From an uncultured Gammaproteobacteria bacterium (lineage in GTDB: Bacteria; Patescibacteriota; Microgenomatia; Levybacterales; UBA12049): a DNA stretch of 64,000 bases. Of the stretch, positions 1-10,958 are shown in pieces. The translations under genes and the position numbers were made by a program. A model generated the notes under the pieces. That model did not search any database and was not told where the DNA came from. It saw only the letters and a list, made by a program, of their open reading frames with translations. The stretch's first letter is position 1; each line of letters begins with the position of its first letter. Location: positions 5,493 to 69,492 of the forward strand of contig CAYZZF010000002.1 in the NCBI GenBank assembly GCA_964483115.1. Direction: 5' to 3'.

Positions 1-573
1 ATAAGATCATCAAAATCCAAAGCATTATTGTCTTGCAAAATCTTTTGATATAAAGGGTAAATTCTTGCAACAGTTTCTTGAAAATACCCCCTTATGTATT
101 TTGGATATTCCTCTTGCGTTATCAACTCATTTTTTGCTTCGGAAATTGTTGTAAGTATAGATGAGGGCTTAAAATCACGACTTGAAATGTTAAGCATTTT
201 CATACTTTCTTTAACCACATCTGTTTGATCCTGCTCGTCGTAAATTATGAAGTTTTGAGGAGTCCCGATATATTCCCCCTCGATTCTAAGAATTTTTGCA
301 CAGAGTGAATGGAAGGTGGCAATCGTAAGTTGCGAATGTGGAAGAAATTTCTTTATCCTTTCCTTCATCTCATTTGCTGCTTTGTTGGTAAAAGTAACCA
401 TTAAAATATTGACCGGATCTATGTTCAGTATTTTAATTAAATAAATAACTTTATAAATAAGGACTCTTGTTTTGCCACTCCCCGCGCCTGCCAGAATTAT
501 CATTGGGCCATCAGTTTCTCTAACTGCCCTTTTTTGTTCCCCGTTTAAGTCATTGAGAATGTCTTTTTTCATA
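1..573 (-). CDS. uvrD: UvrD/PcrA-family ATP-dependent DNA helicase, N-terminal part; gene continues beyond the window start
   Basis: The reverse translation begins MKKDILNDLNGEQKRAV...GPMIILAGAGSGKTRVL, which is the Walker A (GSGKT) region and motif I/Ia of UvrD/Rep/PcrA. The ATG start is at 573. Confidence 0.8.
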
Positions 574-615
574 ATTTATACTATAATTAATAAATCTGCT
601 TTGTAATTGTAGCAC

Positions 616-1314
616 ATGAAAAAACTTTTTATTATAGCCAATTGGAAATCAAATAAGACAATTATTGAAGCTGAAAAATGGCTTCATGATTTCCATGATA
701 AGTTTGTTTCTGAAAATATCGACCTTTCCAACAAAGAAATAATTATCTGCCCTTCATTTACTCTTTTTGAACGTGCACATTATTATTCAAAAAATTTAAA
801 TCTCCCCATAAAATTTGGCGCGCAAAATATCTCGCCCTACGATGTCGGGGCGTACACCGGGGAGGTTAACGGAAAACAGATTAAAGAGGTCGCAGACTAT
901 GTAATAATAGGCCATTCAGAGAGAAGAGATAATTTTTTAGAGAATGATGAGATGATAACAAAAAAGCTAGATATGACAAACAGATACAATCTTTGCCCAA
1001 TATTGTGCATATCGGAGCCAGCTCAAATCTCAAAAATCAGATCTCAAAGTCAAAATTTAAAACTACAAAATTTAATAATTGCCTACGAACCGTTATTCGC
1101 TATCGGATCGGGAACGCCGGATACGCCAGAGAATGCAGAAAAGATTATGCAGAATATTAAAAAAGAATTAAGAGATGTCCCTGTTTTGTATGGAGGAAGC
1201 GTAACTTCTGAGAATATTAAGGGTTTTACAAAAATGTCAAACATAGACGGAACTTTAGTAGGTGGTGCAAGCCTTGATCCTCAAGAATTTCTTAAAATAA
1301 TTAAAAATGCGTAA
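616..1314 (+). CDS. tpiA: triosephosphate isomerase
   Basis: IANWKSNKT and IGHSERR motifs with a C-terminal GGAS block; length 232 aa. Confidence 0.9.
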   Translation: MKKLFIIANWKSNKTIIEAEKWLHDFHDKFVSENIDLSNKEIIICPSFTLFERAHYYSKNLNLPIKFGAQNISPYDVGAYTGEVNGKQIKEVADYVIIGHSERRDNFLENDEMITKKLDMTNRYNLCPILCISEPAQISKIRSQSQNLKLQNLIIAYEPLFAIGSGTPDTPENAEKIMQNIKKELRDVPVLYGGSVTSENIKGFTKMSNIDGTLVGGASLDPQEFLKIIKNA

Positions 1315-2416
1315 GAGAAAGAAATATAAAAAGATCTTTTTAATTGTAATCGTTCTTGTTGTTTTATTTTTTGCAGGAAAAGCAGCTTTAAATCTTACTA
1401 GAATAGCACCGTTTCTATTTCAGCTATTTTTTAATTATGATGTAAAACTTAAACAGAGCGATGACCATATAAATATTCTCCTTCTTGGGATAGGTGGAGG
1501 AACCCATCAAGGACCAAATTTAACAGATACTATAATCTTTGCAAGCCTTGATCCTGTTAAGAATAAAATTTCTTTAATTTCAATTCCCCGCGATCTATGG
1601 ATCCCAGATATTAATGGGAAAATAAACAGCGCTTATGCAATAGGTGAGGAGGAAAGAAATGGAGGAGGACTTGTGCTTGCCGAGGCAGTTGTTCAAAAAG
1701 TTCTTGGCCAGCCCGTTGATTATGGAGTACGAATAGATTTTAGCGGCTTTATAAAGGCAGTCGATGAAGTCGGAGGACTTGATATTAATGTTGACCGTGC
1801 TTTTGATGATTTTGAATATCCAATCGATGGTAAGGAAAATGATCCATGTGGTCGTACAGACGAAGAACTTAAGACTCTCGCAACTGCCTCATCTCAGCTT
1901 GAAGCATTCCCTTGTCGATATAAGTATATCCATTTTAATAAAGGGCTACAGCGTATGGACGGAAAAAGAGCTCTTGAGTTTGTAAGATCTCGTTATGCGC
2001 AAGGGCCGGAGGGGACTGATTTTGCAAGAAGTCAAAGACAGGAGAAAGTTATCAAAGCATTTAATGCTAAAGTACTTTCTCTTGAAACAATCTTTAATCC
2101 CGCAAGAATAATAAGCCTTTACAATATTGTCAAAACGAGTATAGACACTGATATAAAAGAGAATGAATTTGATGATTTTATAAGGCTTTATCAAAAATTA
2201 AAGACTGCAAAAATTACAAATGCGGTTTTAGATATGGGTGACGTAGAAACTAAAAGGCCTGGGCTTTTAGTAACCCCCAAACCTTTAGAAGAATATAATT
2301 ATCAATGGGTTTTGGCCCCTCGCATTGGAGATGGCAATTTTTCGGAGATTCAAAAATATGTTGATTGTGAGATAAAGACTGGGAATTGCAAAATTTCTAA
2401 AGAAGTGGGGAGGTAA
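1307..2416 (+). CDS. LytR-CpsA-Psr (LCP) family cell-envelope phosphotransferase
   Basis: N-terminal TM, then LLLGIGGGTHQGPNLTDTIIFASLDP...ISIPRDLWIP, the LCP core. The start overlaps the tpiA stop. Confidence 0.8.
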   Translation: MRKRKKYKKIFLIVIVLVVLFFAGKAALNLTRIAPFLFQLFFNYDVKLKQSDDHINILLLGIGGGTHQGPNLTDTIIFASLDPVKNKISLISIPRDLWIPDINGKINSAYAIGEEERNGGGLVLAEAVVQKVLGQPVDYGVRIDFSGFIKAVDEVGGLDINVDRAFDDFEYPIDGKENDPCGRTDEELKTLATASSQLEAFPCRYKYIHFNKGLQRMDGKRALEFVRSRYAQGPEGTDFARSQRQEKVIKAFNAKVLSLETIFNPARIISLYNIVKTSIDTDIKENEFDDFIRLYQKLKTAKITNAVLDMGDVETKRPGLLVTPKPLEEYNYQWVLAPRIGDGNFSEIQKYVDCEIKTGNCKISKEVGR

Positions 2417-4721
2417 TTTTATAAATCTTTGTTCTACCATTTTGGTAAATAATTTTTCCTAGTTTTTGAAATTTTTGCTCCGCAAGATTTGAGTATTTTT
2501 GATATTCTAAATCACCGATAAATATGTAGCTAATTTTATATTTACCTATTAATTCTTTAGTAATATTGATATCTGTTGTCTCGTACAAAATTTGTACTTC
2601 TGGAATTCGCGGAGCAGGAACATCATAGGTTCCACGCCATAGCCATTCATGCACTGTCCAACCTAAAACAGTTGGTAATCCTGTATTGGCGGATACTCTA
2701 GCAAAATCCGTATAAGAGTCTCCTTGCGCCTCTAGAATTACAGGTTGTCCTTTTATATTTTTATTAATCCACAAAATCGCTTCGTAATCAGTAGGGTAAA
2801 GATTTTTAAGATAAGCTGTCCCATCAAGCCCATAATTTATCTTAAAATTATTATAATAAGAATTTATGGCAAAGTAGGGATAAATTGCAACTAAAATAAA
2901 AAATAAAATAGAAAAAATAAAAAATACAAAGTAAAAATTAAAAATATTTAATATTTTATATTTAATATTTAATATCAATCGAATAATAATGTAGCCTGAA
3001 GAAATTGAAAGCATAATAAAAGATTGATAGACTAGCTTAAACATGGTGTTCGCTCGATAGTAAGTTGTGTAAATGTCCTTAATATAAATAAATTCGGGAA
3101 TGATAATAAGAATTGTCGATAGTATTATAAGAAGAAGAACGAAAATATCCGAAGCGGCAAGCGTATATCGTATAGCGTTTAGTTTTTTGAAAACGAAAAT
3201 AAGAAAGGAAATAACCCAAAAATAGAAGAAGCCGTAAAGTATTAAGAGCTGCCAGATTGGTGATCTTTGACAGGTGTTTGGTTCAAAAAGAAATGGACCA
3301 ATTTTACCTCTGTCAATTAGGAATTGGGGTGGACATATGATACCAATTCCTGAAACAAAAGGTTTGAAATAGTGATTAAATGGGAAAGAAAAAAGGATGA
3401 AGAAAATGCCGATAAAAATAAGATTTAAAAACCATTTTGAAATTGGAATCTTTTTTTGAAACACAAAAAACAAAAAAACAAGAGCAATTAACAGAAAATA
3501 AATAATTCCGTCCCAAGCGTTTGTCATATACATTATTGCTAGCAAAAATGCTAGCAAAATCTCAAATCTCAAGTCGCAAATCGCAAAATTGTGATAGTTA
3601 AAATTTTTGAATTTTGAATTATAATTTTGATTTTTGATTTTTGATTTTTTATCTAACCGGTTATTACTAAATGTATTCATGAATATAGAAAAAAGTAACG
3701 CTATAGCAAAGAGAACGAGGGGTATATCTAGTACGTGTCCATGAAGATCAGAAACTACAAATGAGTAGATTGGAAATTCATGGATAGTATGATAGATAAA
3801 GCGGGTTGCATTTGGATACCAGTATGAGTTTGGAAAGGTAAAAGGAGAGAAGGATAATTGCCAAAATGGAACCGGATTGTCATTTTGGTAAGGTTTGAAA
3901 AAAGCATAGATTGTTTGTAAGTTTCCCGCAAAAGAAATAAGAAAAGCAGTCAAAAAACCGGCAATTATCGCTCGGGGTCCTGCCCCGAATTTACCTCCCG
4001 CCAGTGCTCGTTCAGATTTTTCACTGCGCGCTGTCGGGAGCCCGTCCAGTCGTGTCGCCCCTCGCATCAAAAAATATATTAGGTTTGCTCCGATTGAAAA
4101 AGAGGCAGTAAAAGTAAAAGCAAAGATAGTTGCAAGCATCAGATTAAAGGTTATATTGGAAGGAATACCAGATAATTTGGTTAAAACCGCAGTTGCTAGG
4201 TGGCCAAAATAATAATAGTTGATCGAGAAGGGCGTAAACCACATGTCCTTTGGAGGAAAATATTCGGATCTAAGAATTGAATTAACAAAACCGAAATCCA
4301 TATACTTCTCAAGTCCATGAATATCAGGTGCGTATGAGCGAACATAAGACCAAAAGAAAAGTGCGATTATAAATAGTATTTCCTCAAAAACAAAGATTAC
4401 CCATTTCTCTTTTAAGATTATTAAAAAAGCACTTTTTATTCTTAAATAGCCATTATCTATTTTAAAAACCAAAGAAAGATTAAATATCAAAAGTAAAGTC
4501 AAGATAAATGCCAATGTTAATCCAGTAAAAGGAGCTATATAGGTAACACCTAAAATAAAAGCTACATAAGAAATAATCACAGTACCAATTATTTTTGAAA
4601 AAATGTACCCTTTGTCAAAGAAGTTCTTAAAAATTCTTGTGGCTGACGGTAGAAAGATAAAACCAATTACAAAAATCACAAGCCACCATTTTAAAATAAA
4701 TATAAAATCAAAAAATTCCAT
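2397..4721 (-). CDS. large polytopic membrane protein (DUF2298 / YYY-type) with C-terminal extracytoplasmic domain
   Basis: More than 12 predicted TM helices. The C-terminal block is YPTDYEAILWINKNIKGQPVILEAQGDSYTDFARVSANTGLPTVLGWTVHEWLWRG. It carries an in-frame low-complexity insertion derived from the dispersed repeat at 3556-3655. Confidence 0.6.
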   Translation of the reverse strand: MEFFDFIFILKWWLVIFVIGFIFLPSATRIFKNFFDKGYIFSKIIGTVIISYVAFILGVTYIAPFTGLTLAFILTLLLIFNLSLVFKIDNGYLRIKSAFLIILKEKWVIFVFEEILFIIALFFWSYVRSYAPDIHGLEKYMDFGFVNSILRSEYFPPKDMWFTPFSINYYYFGHLATAVLTKLSGIPSNITFNLMLATIFAFTFTASFSIGANLIYFLMRGATRLDGLPTARSEKSERALAGGKFGAGPRAIIAGFLTAFLISFAGNLQTIYAFFKPYQNDNPVPFWQLSFSPFTFPNSYWYPNATRFIYHTIHEFPIYSFVVSDLHGHVLDIPLVLFAIALLFSIFMNTFSNNRLDKKSKIKNQNYNSKFKNFNYHNFAICDLRFEILLAFLLAIMYMTNAWDGIIYFLLIALVFLFFVFQKKIPISKWFLNLIFIGIFFILFSFPFNHYFKPFVSGIGIICPPQFLIDRGKIGPFLFEPNTCQRSPIWQLLILYGFFYFWVISFLIFVFKKLNAIRYTLAASDIFVLLLIILSTILIIIPEFIYIKDIYTTYYRANTMFKLVYQSFIMLSISSGYIIIRLILNIKYKILNIFNFYFVFFIFSILFFILVAIYPYFAINSYYNNFKINYGLDGTAYLKNLYPTDYEAILWINKNIKGQPVILEAQGDSYTDFARVSANTGLPTVLGWTVHEWLWRGTYDVPAPRIPEVQILYETTDINITKELIGKYKISYIFIGDLEYQKYSNLAEQKFQKLGKIIYQNGRTKIYKITSPLL
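3556..3655. repeat. intragenic in-frame copy of dispersed AT-rich repeat (TTTTGAA-type, plus GCAAATCGCAAAATTGTGAT core-like segment)
   Basis: The segment aatttttgaattttgaattataattttga is near-identical to the reverse complement of the dnaK-downstream intergenic copy (33965-33995). It encodes a K/N/F-rich stretch with no stop codon. Confidence 0.6.
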
Positions 4722-5274
4722 TTTTTAAATGTTTTTCTGCAAATTCTCTAAGATCTATTATGGGCACTAAATTTTTTGGAAGACGGACTTTTTTTGGAAA
4801 TGTTCCTTTCAGCCAAAAAAAATCTATTCTGGGATTTCTTTTCGACAAATATAAAAGAAGATCAAGATCGTCATCAACAAATTTTGTTAATTTTAATTTT
4901 CTTATCATTTTATCTTTTAATAAATGAGGTTGCTCATTTTCGAAATTAAAATACATTTTTTTGAAAAACTTTTTTAATTTATGTCTTTTTAGCCAAATTT
5001 CTGTTTTATTTTTTAAAAAACCAAATCTTCCAGAAATAAGAAAAATATCCAATTCATTAATTTTTGTAATTTCAGAAAGCACTTCAATGTTTTTCTTAAT
5101 TGGGGATCTTAGCATCCAATGATGTGATAAAATTCTTATTTTTTGCTCAAATTCACTTGGAAATCTGTAGACTAATTTATGATTCTTTTTTTTGTATAGC
5201 CTGTCAATAATTGAGCTTGGGATAAAAGGAGGATAATCTACAAAAACCTTATCAAAATCAAATCCTATCCTCAT
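4708..5274 (-). CDS. HAD-superfamily hydrolase-like protein (possible phosphatase/nucleotidase)
   Basis: N-terminal GFDFDKVF resembles HAD motif I (DxD). Length 188 aa. Overlaps its neighbours within an operon. Confidence 0.45.
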   Translation of the reverse strand: MRIGFDFDKVFVDYPPFIPSSIIDRLYKKKNHKLVYRFPSEFEQKIRILSHHWMLRSPIKKNIEVLSEITKINELDIFLISGRFGFLKNKTEIWLKRHKLKKFFKKMYFNFENEQPHLLKDKMIRKLKLTKFVDDDLDLLLYLSKRNPRIDFFWLKGTFPKKVRLPKNLVPIIDLREFAEKHLKNGIF

Positions 5275-5277
5275 AAC

Positions 5278-6333
5278 TTAATATGAATTAAATAATTTAC
5301 CCCAATTTGTCTTCATAAAATTATCGATTCTTTTTCTGCCAATAAAATTATACCAGTAGCCATCATGATATAGATTGGAAGCCAAATATGACCATGGAGC
5401 AATAAAGGTTTGAAGCAATACTTTCTCAATATTTTCAGGAAGCTTATGATAAATAAATTTCTGGCCGCGTGAAGCGAAAGTATCGCTTGTTTTAAACCTC
5501 CATGAAGAAGGTAATTTTACATTAACATCAGGGGATAATGTCCCCAATTTTAATTTGTCTGCAAGCCTTAAATATTTTAATTTTTCAGGTTTAAAGCCCA
5601 TTATTTTTGCAACAACCGCATCTATGGCCACTAAATCGGATGAAGCAAAAAGATAATTTTTTTCTTCCCAATCCATTGCACGAGGACCTGAACCTTTTCC
5701 CACAATAGCTCCATCTGTCACACCTAAAATAGCAGGATGAATTTCTTTCTGGATTGTCAAAAGATCAACAATTGCCTCATGAATATATCTATGTGCAAAG
5801 TGTCTCACTTCTCCAAGCATTCCAAAATAATTCTTTATACAGCCGGTAGTGGTAGTGAATACGTGCATTTTGGCAGTGGCTAAATGGATTATGTTTTTAT
5901 TGAAAATTATTTCAGGAAGCAAAATTCCTTTCGGGAAAATTTTATCTAAAATTAGCATTTTATGCCTCGGTTTATAATAGATATACTTTTCATCAGTCAA
6001 ATAATGCATTTTCACTCCGTATTTTTTAAAAACCTTATCCCATTTATTATTTATTGTTCCCTGATAAACATTAGTGACTACAGTTCTATTTTCCAAAGGA
6101 ATTATTTTTTTAGGATTGAAGCCATCTTCAATCAAAGATTTTATAACACCCTCTAATTCCCATGGGGGAGTTGAACATGCGGGATAAAATTTAGTCCAAG
6201 ATAAATTAATTTTTAGAACCGTTTCTTTTTCTGGATTGAAATATCTTTTATATTGTGTTAATTCAAGCAGTTTTTTATAATCCTTCAAAACTGTTTCGGG
6301 TTTTGTCCTAACAAAAAATACTTTCGCCTTCAT
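5278..6333 (-). CDS. DUF362-domain protein
   Basis: Overall resemblance to the DUF362 family (about 350 aa, GVTDGAIVGKGSGP block). Function unknown. Confidence 0.45.
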   Translation of the reverse strand: MKAKVFFVRTKPETVLKDYKKLLELTQYKRYFNPEKETVLKINLSWTKFYPACSTPPWELEGVIKSLIEDGFNPKKIIPLENRTVVTNVYQGTINNKWDKVFKKYGVKMHYLTDEKYIYYKPRHKMLILDKIFPKGILLPEIIFNKNIIHLATAKMHVFTTTTGCIKNYFGMLGEVRHFAHRYIHEAIVDLLTIQKEIHPAILGVTDGAIVGKGSGPRAMDWEEKNYLFASSDLVAIDAVVAKIMGFKPEKLKYLRLADKLKLGTLSPDVNVKLPSSWRFKTSDTFASRGQKFIYHKLPENIEKVLLQTFIAPWSYLASNLYHDGYWYNFIGRKRIDNFMKTNWGKLFNSY

Positions 6334-6356
6334 AATCTATGTATTTTAACATAAAT

Positions 6357-8057
6357 TTACTTATCATTTTTCTTGAAAATCATAACCTTAGGATGGTCAT
6401 ATACGGTGAAAGATTCATCTGCGTTCTGATCATTTATGTCTATATTTGTAAAAGGAATTTTCGGGTATATGGCAAATTCGGCTACTTTTTCAAATCTCAA
6501 TTTTCCTGAAAAAAGATTTTTATAATATTCTGCTGTCTCTCTATAGCAAGGATTAGGAAATAATTTTTGACAATCAGTTAATTTTTGAAGCGGTACATAA
6601 AGTCTGTTGGAAGCAATAATAATATAATCTGTTTGTCTTAATTCAGTGTTTATTATAGACCATTTTTGAGGAGTGTCTTGGTTGTAAAGCGCAAGAGTTA
6701 AGATATTATAATTTTGTGCTCCAAAAAGAGGCAAACTATCATCCCAATGCTCTATTGCTATTGTTTTCCCTTGTGGTATATTTTCATTTATCCAATAGGA
6801 TGCCTGAACTCTAGTGTTTGGTTTTGTATAGATATTAAGGAAAGATAAAGTCCAAGTAAAAATACTACCAATAAATACCAATACTACCAATAAATACCAA
6901 TTACCAATCCTAATCTTTAGAAAAGTGGAAAGCTTATATATAAAAACTCCGGCAAAAACGGAAAGTAAAGGGTATAGAGGTAGCATATATCTCATAAAAC
7001 CTATTGCAAAACTTCCTGTTACTAAGAAATAAGTAAAGAAAAAGGCGATGATAATTATCAACTTATAATTGATTTTTTTAATTAATGAGACAGTAACATA
7101 GATTGTTCCTGAAAAAGCCAAAATTGCCAAAAAAGGTCCCTCTCCCCAAAGAAAAATATTTTTTAATTCATAAAAATAAGGAATTTTACCTACATATTGA
7201 AGCGTATAAGGAAACACAAAGGCATTGTGCGTCATTTGATATTGCTCAAGAGTCTGTTTCTGAAACTGCGGAAAATCTAGAATTGCATAGGGCTCAAGTA
7301 TTACAAAAGTTATAATAGTTCCAAAAATTATAATTAAACCTTCTGAGAAAAGACGTTTAAGAAAAATGGGTAGATGGGAAAACCAAATATGAGGCTTATG
7401 AGGTTGACGGAGGAAAATAAACAGAAAATCAATAGCAAGAGCAAGTCCAATAGAAATAATAAGAGGCAATGCGCTTACTTTAGTTGCTAAAGATAATCCA
7501 AAAAAAAGACCAATTAACAAAGCTTTCTTTTTGCTCGGCTTTTCATAAAAAAAAGATAGCATATATAAAGTTGCAAGAATAAAAAGAGAAAGCAAAGTAT
7601 CAACTGCATAAAAATGAGATGTTTGAAGGGGAAAAACACTTATTGCATAAAAAAAGGAAGAAAATAAGGCAACTTTTTGATTGAATAATTTTCTAGCAAG
7701 AGAAAAAATAACTAAAATAACTACTAAATCAGCAAAAACAGAAATAATCCGTCCAATAATATTAATTCCCGCATAGGTTGCAAAAGATGGATTTAAGAGA
7801 CCTGCAATACTTCCAAAAATTTTAAGAAGGTAAATAGGGAAACTTCCGTAAGCAAAAAAACGAGGATTCAGTGGGCTTTGAGGAGAAAAGAATTCGCTAG
7901 CATTTGAAGGGAAATGGAGCGGAAGAGCATACATTACTATTGCTCTTTCATCAGGATGAAGATGAAATCCTTGGTCCCAATTTAATCCATATATTCTTAA
8001 AAAGCTTGCGAGAATTAAAATCCCTAATAAAAGTAAATTTATACGTAAATTCTTCAT
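6357..8057 (-). CDS. GT-C fold membrane glycosyltransferase (PMT/ArnT-like, GT39/GT83)
   Basis: Polytopic protein. The first loop carries HLHPDER (the acidic DE motif), followed by FFAYGSFPIYLL. It is a paralog of the next gene. Confidence 0.7.
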   Translation of the reverse strand: MKNLRINLLLLGILILASFLRIYGLNWDQGFHLHPDERAIVMYALPLHFPSNASEFFSPQSPLNPRFFAYGSFPIYLLKIFGSIAGLLNPSFATYAGINIIGRIISVFADLVVILVIFSLARKLFNQKVALFSSFFYAISVFPLQTSHFYAVDTLLSLFILATLYMLSFFYEKPSKKKALLIGLFFGLSLATKVSALPLIISIGLALAIDFLFIFLRQPHKPHIWFSHLPIFLKRLFSEGLIIIFGTIITFVILEPYAILDFPQFQKQTLEQYQMTHNAFVFPYTLQYVGKIPYFYELKNIFLWGEGPFLAILAFSGTIYVTVSLIKKINYKLIIIIAFFFTYFLVTGSFAIGFMRYMLPLYPLLSVFAGVFIYKLSTFLKIRIGNWYLLVVLVFIGSIFTWTLSFLNIYTKPNTRVQASYWINENIPQGKTIAIEHWDDSLPLFGAQNYNILTLALYNQDTPQKWSIINTELRQTDYIIIASNRLYVPLQKLTDCQKLFPNPCYRETAEYYKNLFSGKLRFEKVAEFAIYPKIPFTNIDINDQNADESFTVYDHPKVMIFKKNDK

Positions 8058-9679
8058 AATTTTTTTTCAAAGATAAATAGTGTTGGTCTATCAAAAACAC
8101 TAGCGGTTTCTTCAAAACTAAATACCGGGTTTCCAAGATAAGTTATTTTGCAAAAAATGTCACAAGGGGTTTCATAAATTTCTATAAATCCCAATTTTTG
8201 ATTAAAAATATTATTGTAAAATTTATACCCTTTAGGAAATTGTTTTGGATTACTAAGTCTTGTATCTATAATTCTTTGGCTTGGGAAAACTGCAACTTCG
8301 TTTGTTTTTAATAGAAAAGAGAGTTCTAAGTCTTTATTTTCCATAGTATCAAGATCATAAAAATTAAAAAGAGTGATTATTGGGAAATTTCGATTAAAAG
8401 GAAGAATTCCTAGATCATAAACTTCGCTTAAAATTTTTGCATCATTTTTAACATGCTTTCTTGCCCAAGATGCAGCATCTACACGGGTATCAATTTTAGC
8501 ATAAACAGTTATAAAATAAGAAATTGCAAACACAAAATTTATTATTGTGATAAAAATTAGAAGATAATTTATAAGATTTTTTTTCAGAAAAGCGCGAAAA
8601 TCTGAGATGGCAAAGCCAATAATTAAAAATATAAAAGGCAGAGTTGGTAACACATAACGAGTCCATTTAGCAAAGAAGAAAGCTTGAGATAAAAATATTA
8701 AAAGGAAAGCTATGAGAAGTAAGAAAATATAATAGTTTTTATTTTTTATAAATATATAAATTAAATAAATAAGACAGACAACAAAAATAATTGTTGTAGA
8801 AGGATTTAGAAGAAAAGGATATATTTTGAGAAATTGATAAGCAATTGGAACAGTACCAAAAAACTCTTGCGTATAAAAAACAGGGAGTGTCCCAAGAGCA
8901 ACAGATGATTCATAGTTCATGCTAAAGAGAAAAGATTTGAAATCAAAAACAGAAAATGGGGAAAATATAAAAAAGGTTATAGCAGAAATAGTAAGAACTG
9001 AAAATAATTTCAAAAAGATCTTTTTATATTTTTTCTTTTCAATTCTTGCATTTAGAAAAATTGAGATTAATGGTATAGGAAAGAAAACAAGATTCGAAAT
9101 CTTTGTCGCTGCAAGAAAACCTAAAATCACACCTGATAGGATAATGTTTTTAAGTGTCATTTTTCTATAAATTTTTACGCTTATGAAAAATAATAAAGAC
9201 GCAAAAAAAGCACTTACCGTTTCGAATGTGCCGAAATGTGCAAATTGAATAAAACCTACACTTAAAATTGAAAATATCGAAGTAGTAATAGCTGCGGTTT
9301 TATCTTTTATTTCTTTAGCAATGAAATATAAAACGGGAATAAGAAGGGTGCTTAACAATGCAGACATAAAGCGGGAAATTAAAATGGCATTCTCAAAAGA
9401 AACTTGGGACATGGAATCAGAAATTTTAGTTTGGAAAATCACATTTTTTACAATTCCGGCAAAGAATATTAAATAAATAGGGAAACTTCCGTAAGCAAAA
9501 AAATGAGGATTCATTTGAGTTGGAAAATTAAGCTGGGAAACAGCGGCGGCAATGTTCCTTTCATCGGGATTAAAATAAAAAGGAGCGCCCCAGTCAAGAT
9601 TATAAAATCTTAAAAAAGCTCCGAAAGCCATTAAAATAAACAAGAATAACAACTCTTTGTTATTTAATATTTTTTTCAT
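8054..9679 (-). CDS. GT-C fold membrane glycosyltransferase (PMT/ArnT-like), tandem paralog
   Basis: FYNLDWGAPFYFNPDERNIA...HFFAYGSFPIYLIFF has the same architecture as 6357-8057. Confidence 0.7.
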   Translation of the reverse strand: MKKILNNKELLFLFILMAFGAFLRFYNLDWGAPFYFNPDERNIAAAVSQLNFPTQMNPHFFAYGSFPIYLIFFAGIVKNVIFQTKISDSMSQVSFENAILISRFMSALLSTLLIPVLYFIAKEIKDKTAAITTSIFSILSVGFIQFAHFGTFETVSAFFASLLFFISVKIYRKMTLKNIILSGVILGFLAATKISNLVFFPIPLISIFLNARIEKKKYKKIFLKLFSVLTISAITFFIFSPFSVFDFKSFLFSMNYESSVALGTLPVFYTQEFFGTVPIAYQFLKIYPFLLNPSTTIIFVVCLIYLIYIFIKNKNYYIFLLLIAFLLIFLSQAFFFAKWTRYVLPTLPFIFLIIGFAISDFRAFLKKNLINYLLIFITIINFVFAISYFITVYAKIDTRVDAASWARKHVKNDAKILSEVYDLGILPFNRNFPIITLFNFYDLDTMENKDLELSFLLKTNEVAVFPSQRIIDTRLSNPKQFPKGYKFYNNIFNQKLGFIEIYETPCDIFCKITYLGNPVFSFEETASVFDRPTLFIFEKKL

Positions 9680-9683
9680 TTAA

Positions 9684-10958
9684 TTAAATTACAATTTTCG
9701 CCACTTTTTGTCCAAGCTCCACCGCATAATTAGTACCCCTATCCCACGGATAAATTTGGTCTATATTGGCAAGATAAACGTTTTTGATAGGCGTTTTGAA
9801 AGGAGGTATTATTTTTCCATACCCAACCTCCATAACAGGCTGGGCAAAAGGAGCTTTAAAAACCTCATAGCTTATAACATATTGCTTATAGTTTGGATTT
9901 ATTTTCTTAAGAAACGGATCATAAATTTTTAGAAGTTCATCTGCTGCCATTTGCATATAAGGATGATCGAAAGGAAGATAATTGCCTATGTACACTATGT
10001 GTTCATTATTATAATATTTTTTGTCCATAAAATTTGTATGTTCAACCACAGCCATTAAAGGATTTTTTCTTTCGCAAATATTTAACCAGTATGTTCCATC
10101 AATAAGGAATTGTTTTTTAAGCCTCAAAATAAGATTGATCGCTCCTAAACTTTTAAGGCTTGCAAGTTTACTCTTGTAATCTAAAGGGAGTTCGGGGACA
10201 ATTTTTAAAAATAGAAAAGACGGCAAAGTAACAATTAACGAATCAAATTCATTTTTTTCAATTTTTGAATTTTGAGCTCCAATTTTAATTTTTGACTTTT
10301 GAAATTTGATTTTTGAAACCTCAGTATTATAGTAAAATTTTCCGCCTTTTTCTTGAATTTTTTCTTCAAGAGCTTCAGAGAATTCTAAAAACCCTCCTTG
10401 TGGATAAACAAGGCTTGGAGTTCTTTTTTTAATTCTTGCCCAAAACCATGCAAGAGAAATATCTTTTGCGAGATCACCAAATTTTCCTTTAAGAAGCGGA
10501 CTCCAAACCATTTCATAACCCTTTTTGCCCATAATTTTTAAAAGAATTTCGTTTGCTTTATATTTATCAAAGATTTTTAAAAAAGGGCTGAACTTTAAAA
10601 AACCAAGAGCCAATCCCATTCTAATTTTCTCAATAAAATTAAGGAGAGGGAAATTAATTAGAGTAAATGGAGAATCAAGTTGGTAAACTCCGCCCTTTAT
10701 AAAAGTTGAGGTTTTAGGTCTTTTGACAATAACTGGATAATTTATTTCTCTTGCTAAATCTAAAACTGTTTTATCATTTGTAAACCAATGATGGTAATGT
10801 TCTTCCACTGTCCATTTCCACCCCTTTTTTTTATAACCAATTGCAAGGCCTCCTGGTTTTGCCCCTTTTTCAAAAACTGCTACTTCATGACCATTTTTTA
10901 CCAATTCAAAAGCAGCGGACAGTCCGGTAAAGCCCGCACCAATAATTGCTATCTTCAT
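9684..10958 (-). CDS. Rossmann-type FAD/NAD(P)-binding oxidoreductase (amine-oxidase / UDP-galactopyranose-mutase-like fold)
   Basis: MKIAIIGAGFTGLSAAFEL...VFEKGAKPGGLA is a GxGxxG dinucleotide fold. Contains an in-frame repeat insertion at 10255-10318. Confidence 0.7.
   Translation of the reverse strand: MKIAIIGAGFTGLSAAFELVKNGHEVAVFEKGAKPGGLAIGYKKKGWKWTVEEHYHHWFTNDKTVLDLAREINYPVIVKRPKTSTFIKGGVYQLDSPFTLINFPLLNFIEKIRMGLALGFLKFSPFLKIFDKYKANEILLKIMGKKGYEMVWSPLLKGKFGDLAKDISLAWFWARIKKRTPSLVYPQGGFLEFSEALEEKIQEKGGKFYYNTEVSKIKFQKSKIKIGAQNSKIEKNEFDSLIVTLPSFLFLKIVPELPLDYKSKLASLKSLGAINLILRLKKQFLIDGTYWLNICERKNPLMAVVEHTNFMDKKYYNNEHIVYIGNYLPFDHPYMQMAADELLKIYDPFLKKINPNYKQYVISYEVFKAPFAQPVMEVGYGKIIPPFKTPIKNVYLANIDQIYPWDRGTNYAVELGQKVAKIVI
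10255..10318. repeat. intragenic in-frame copy of dispersed repeat
   Basis: aattttgacttttgaaatttga is a 22-bp exact match to the reverse complement of the groEL-downstream copy (20931-20965). Confidence 0.6.
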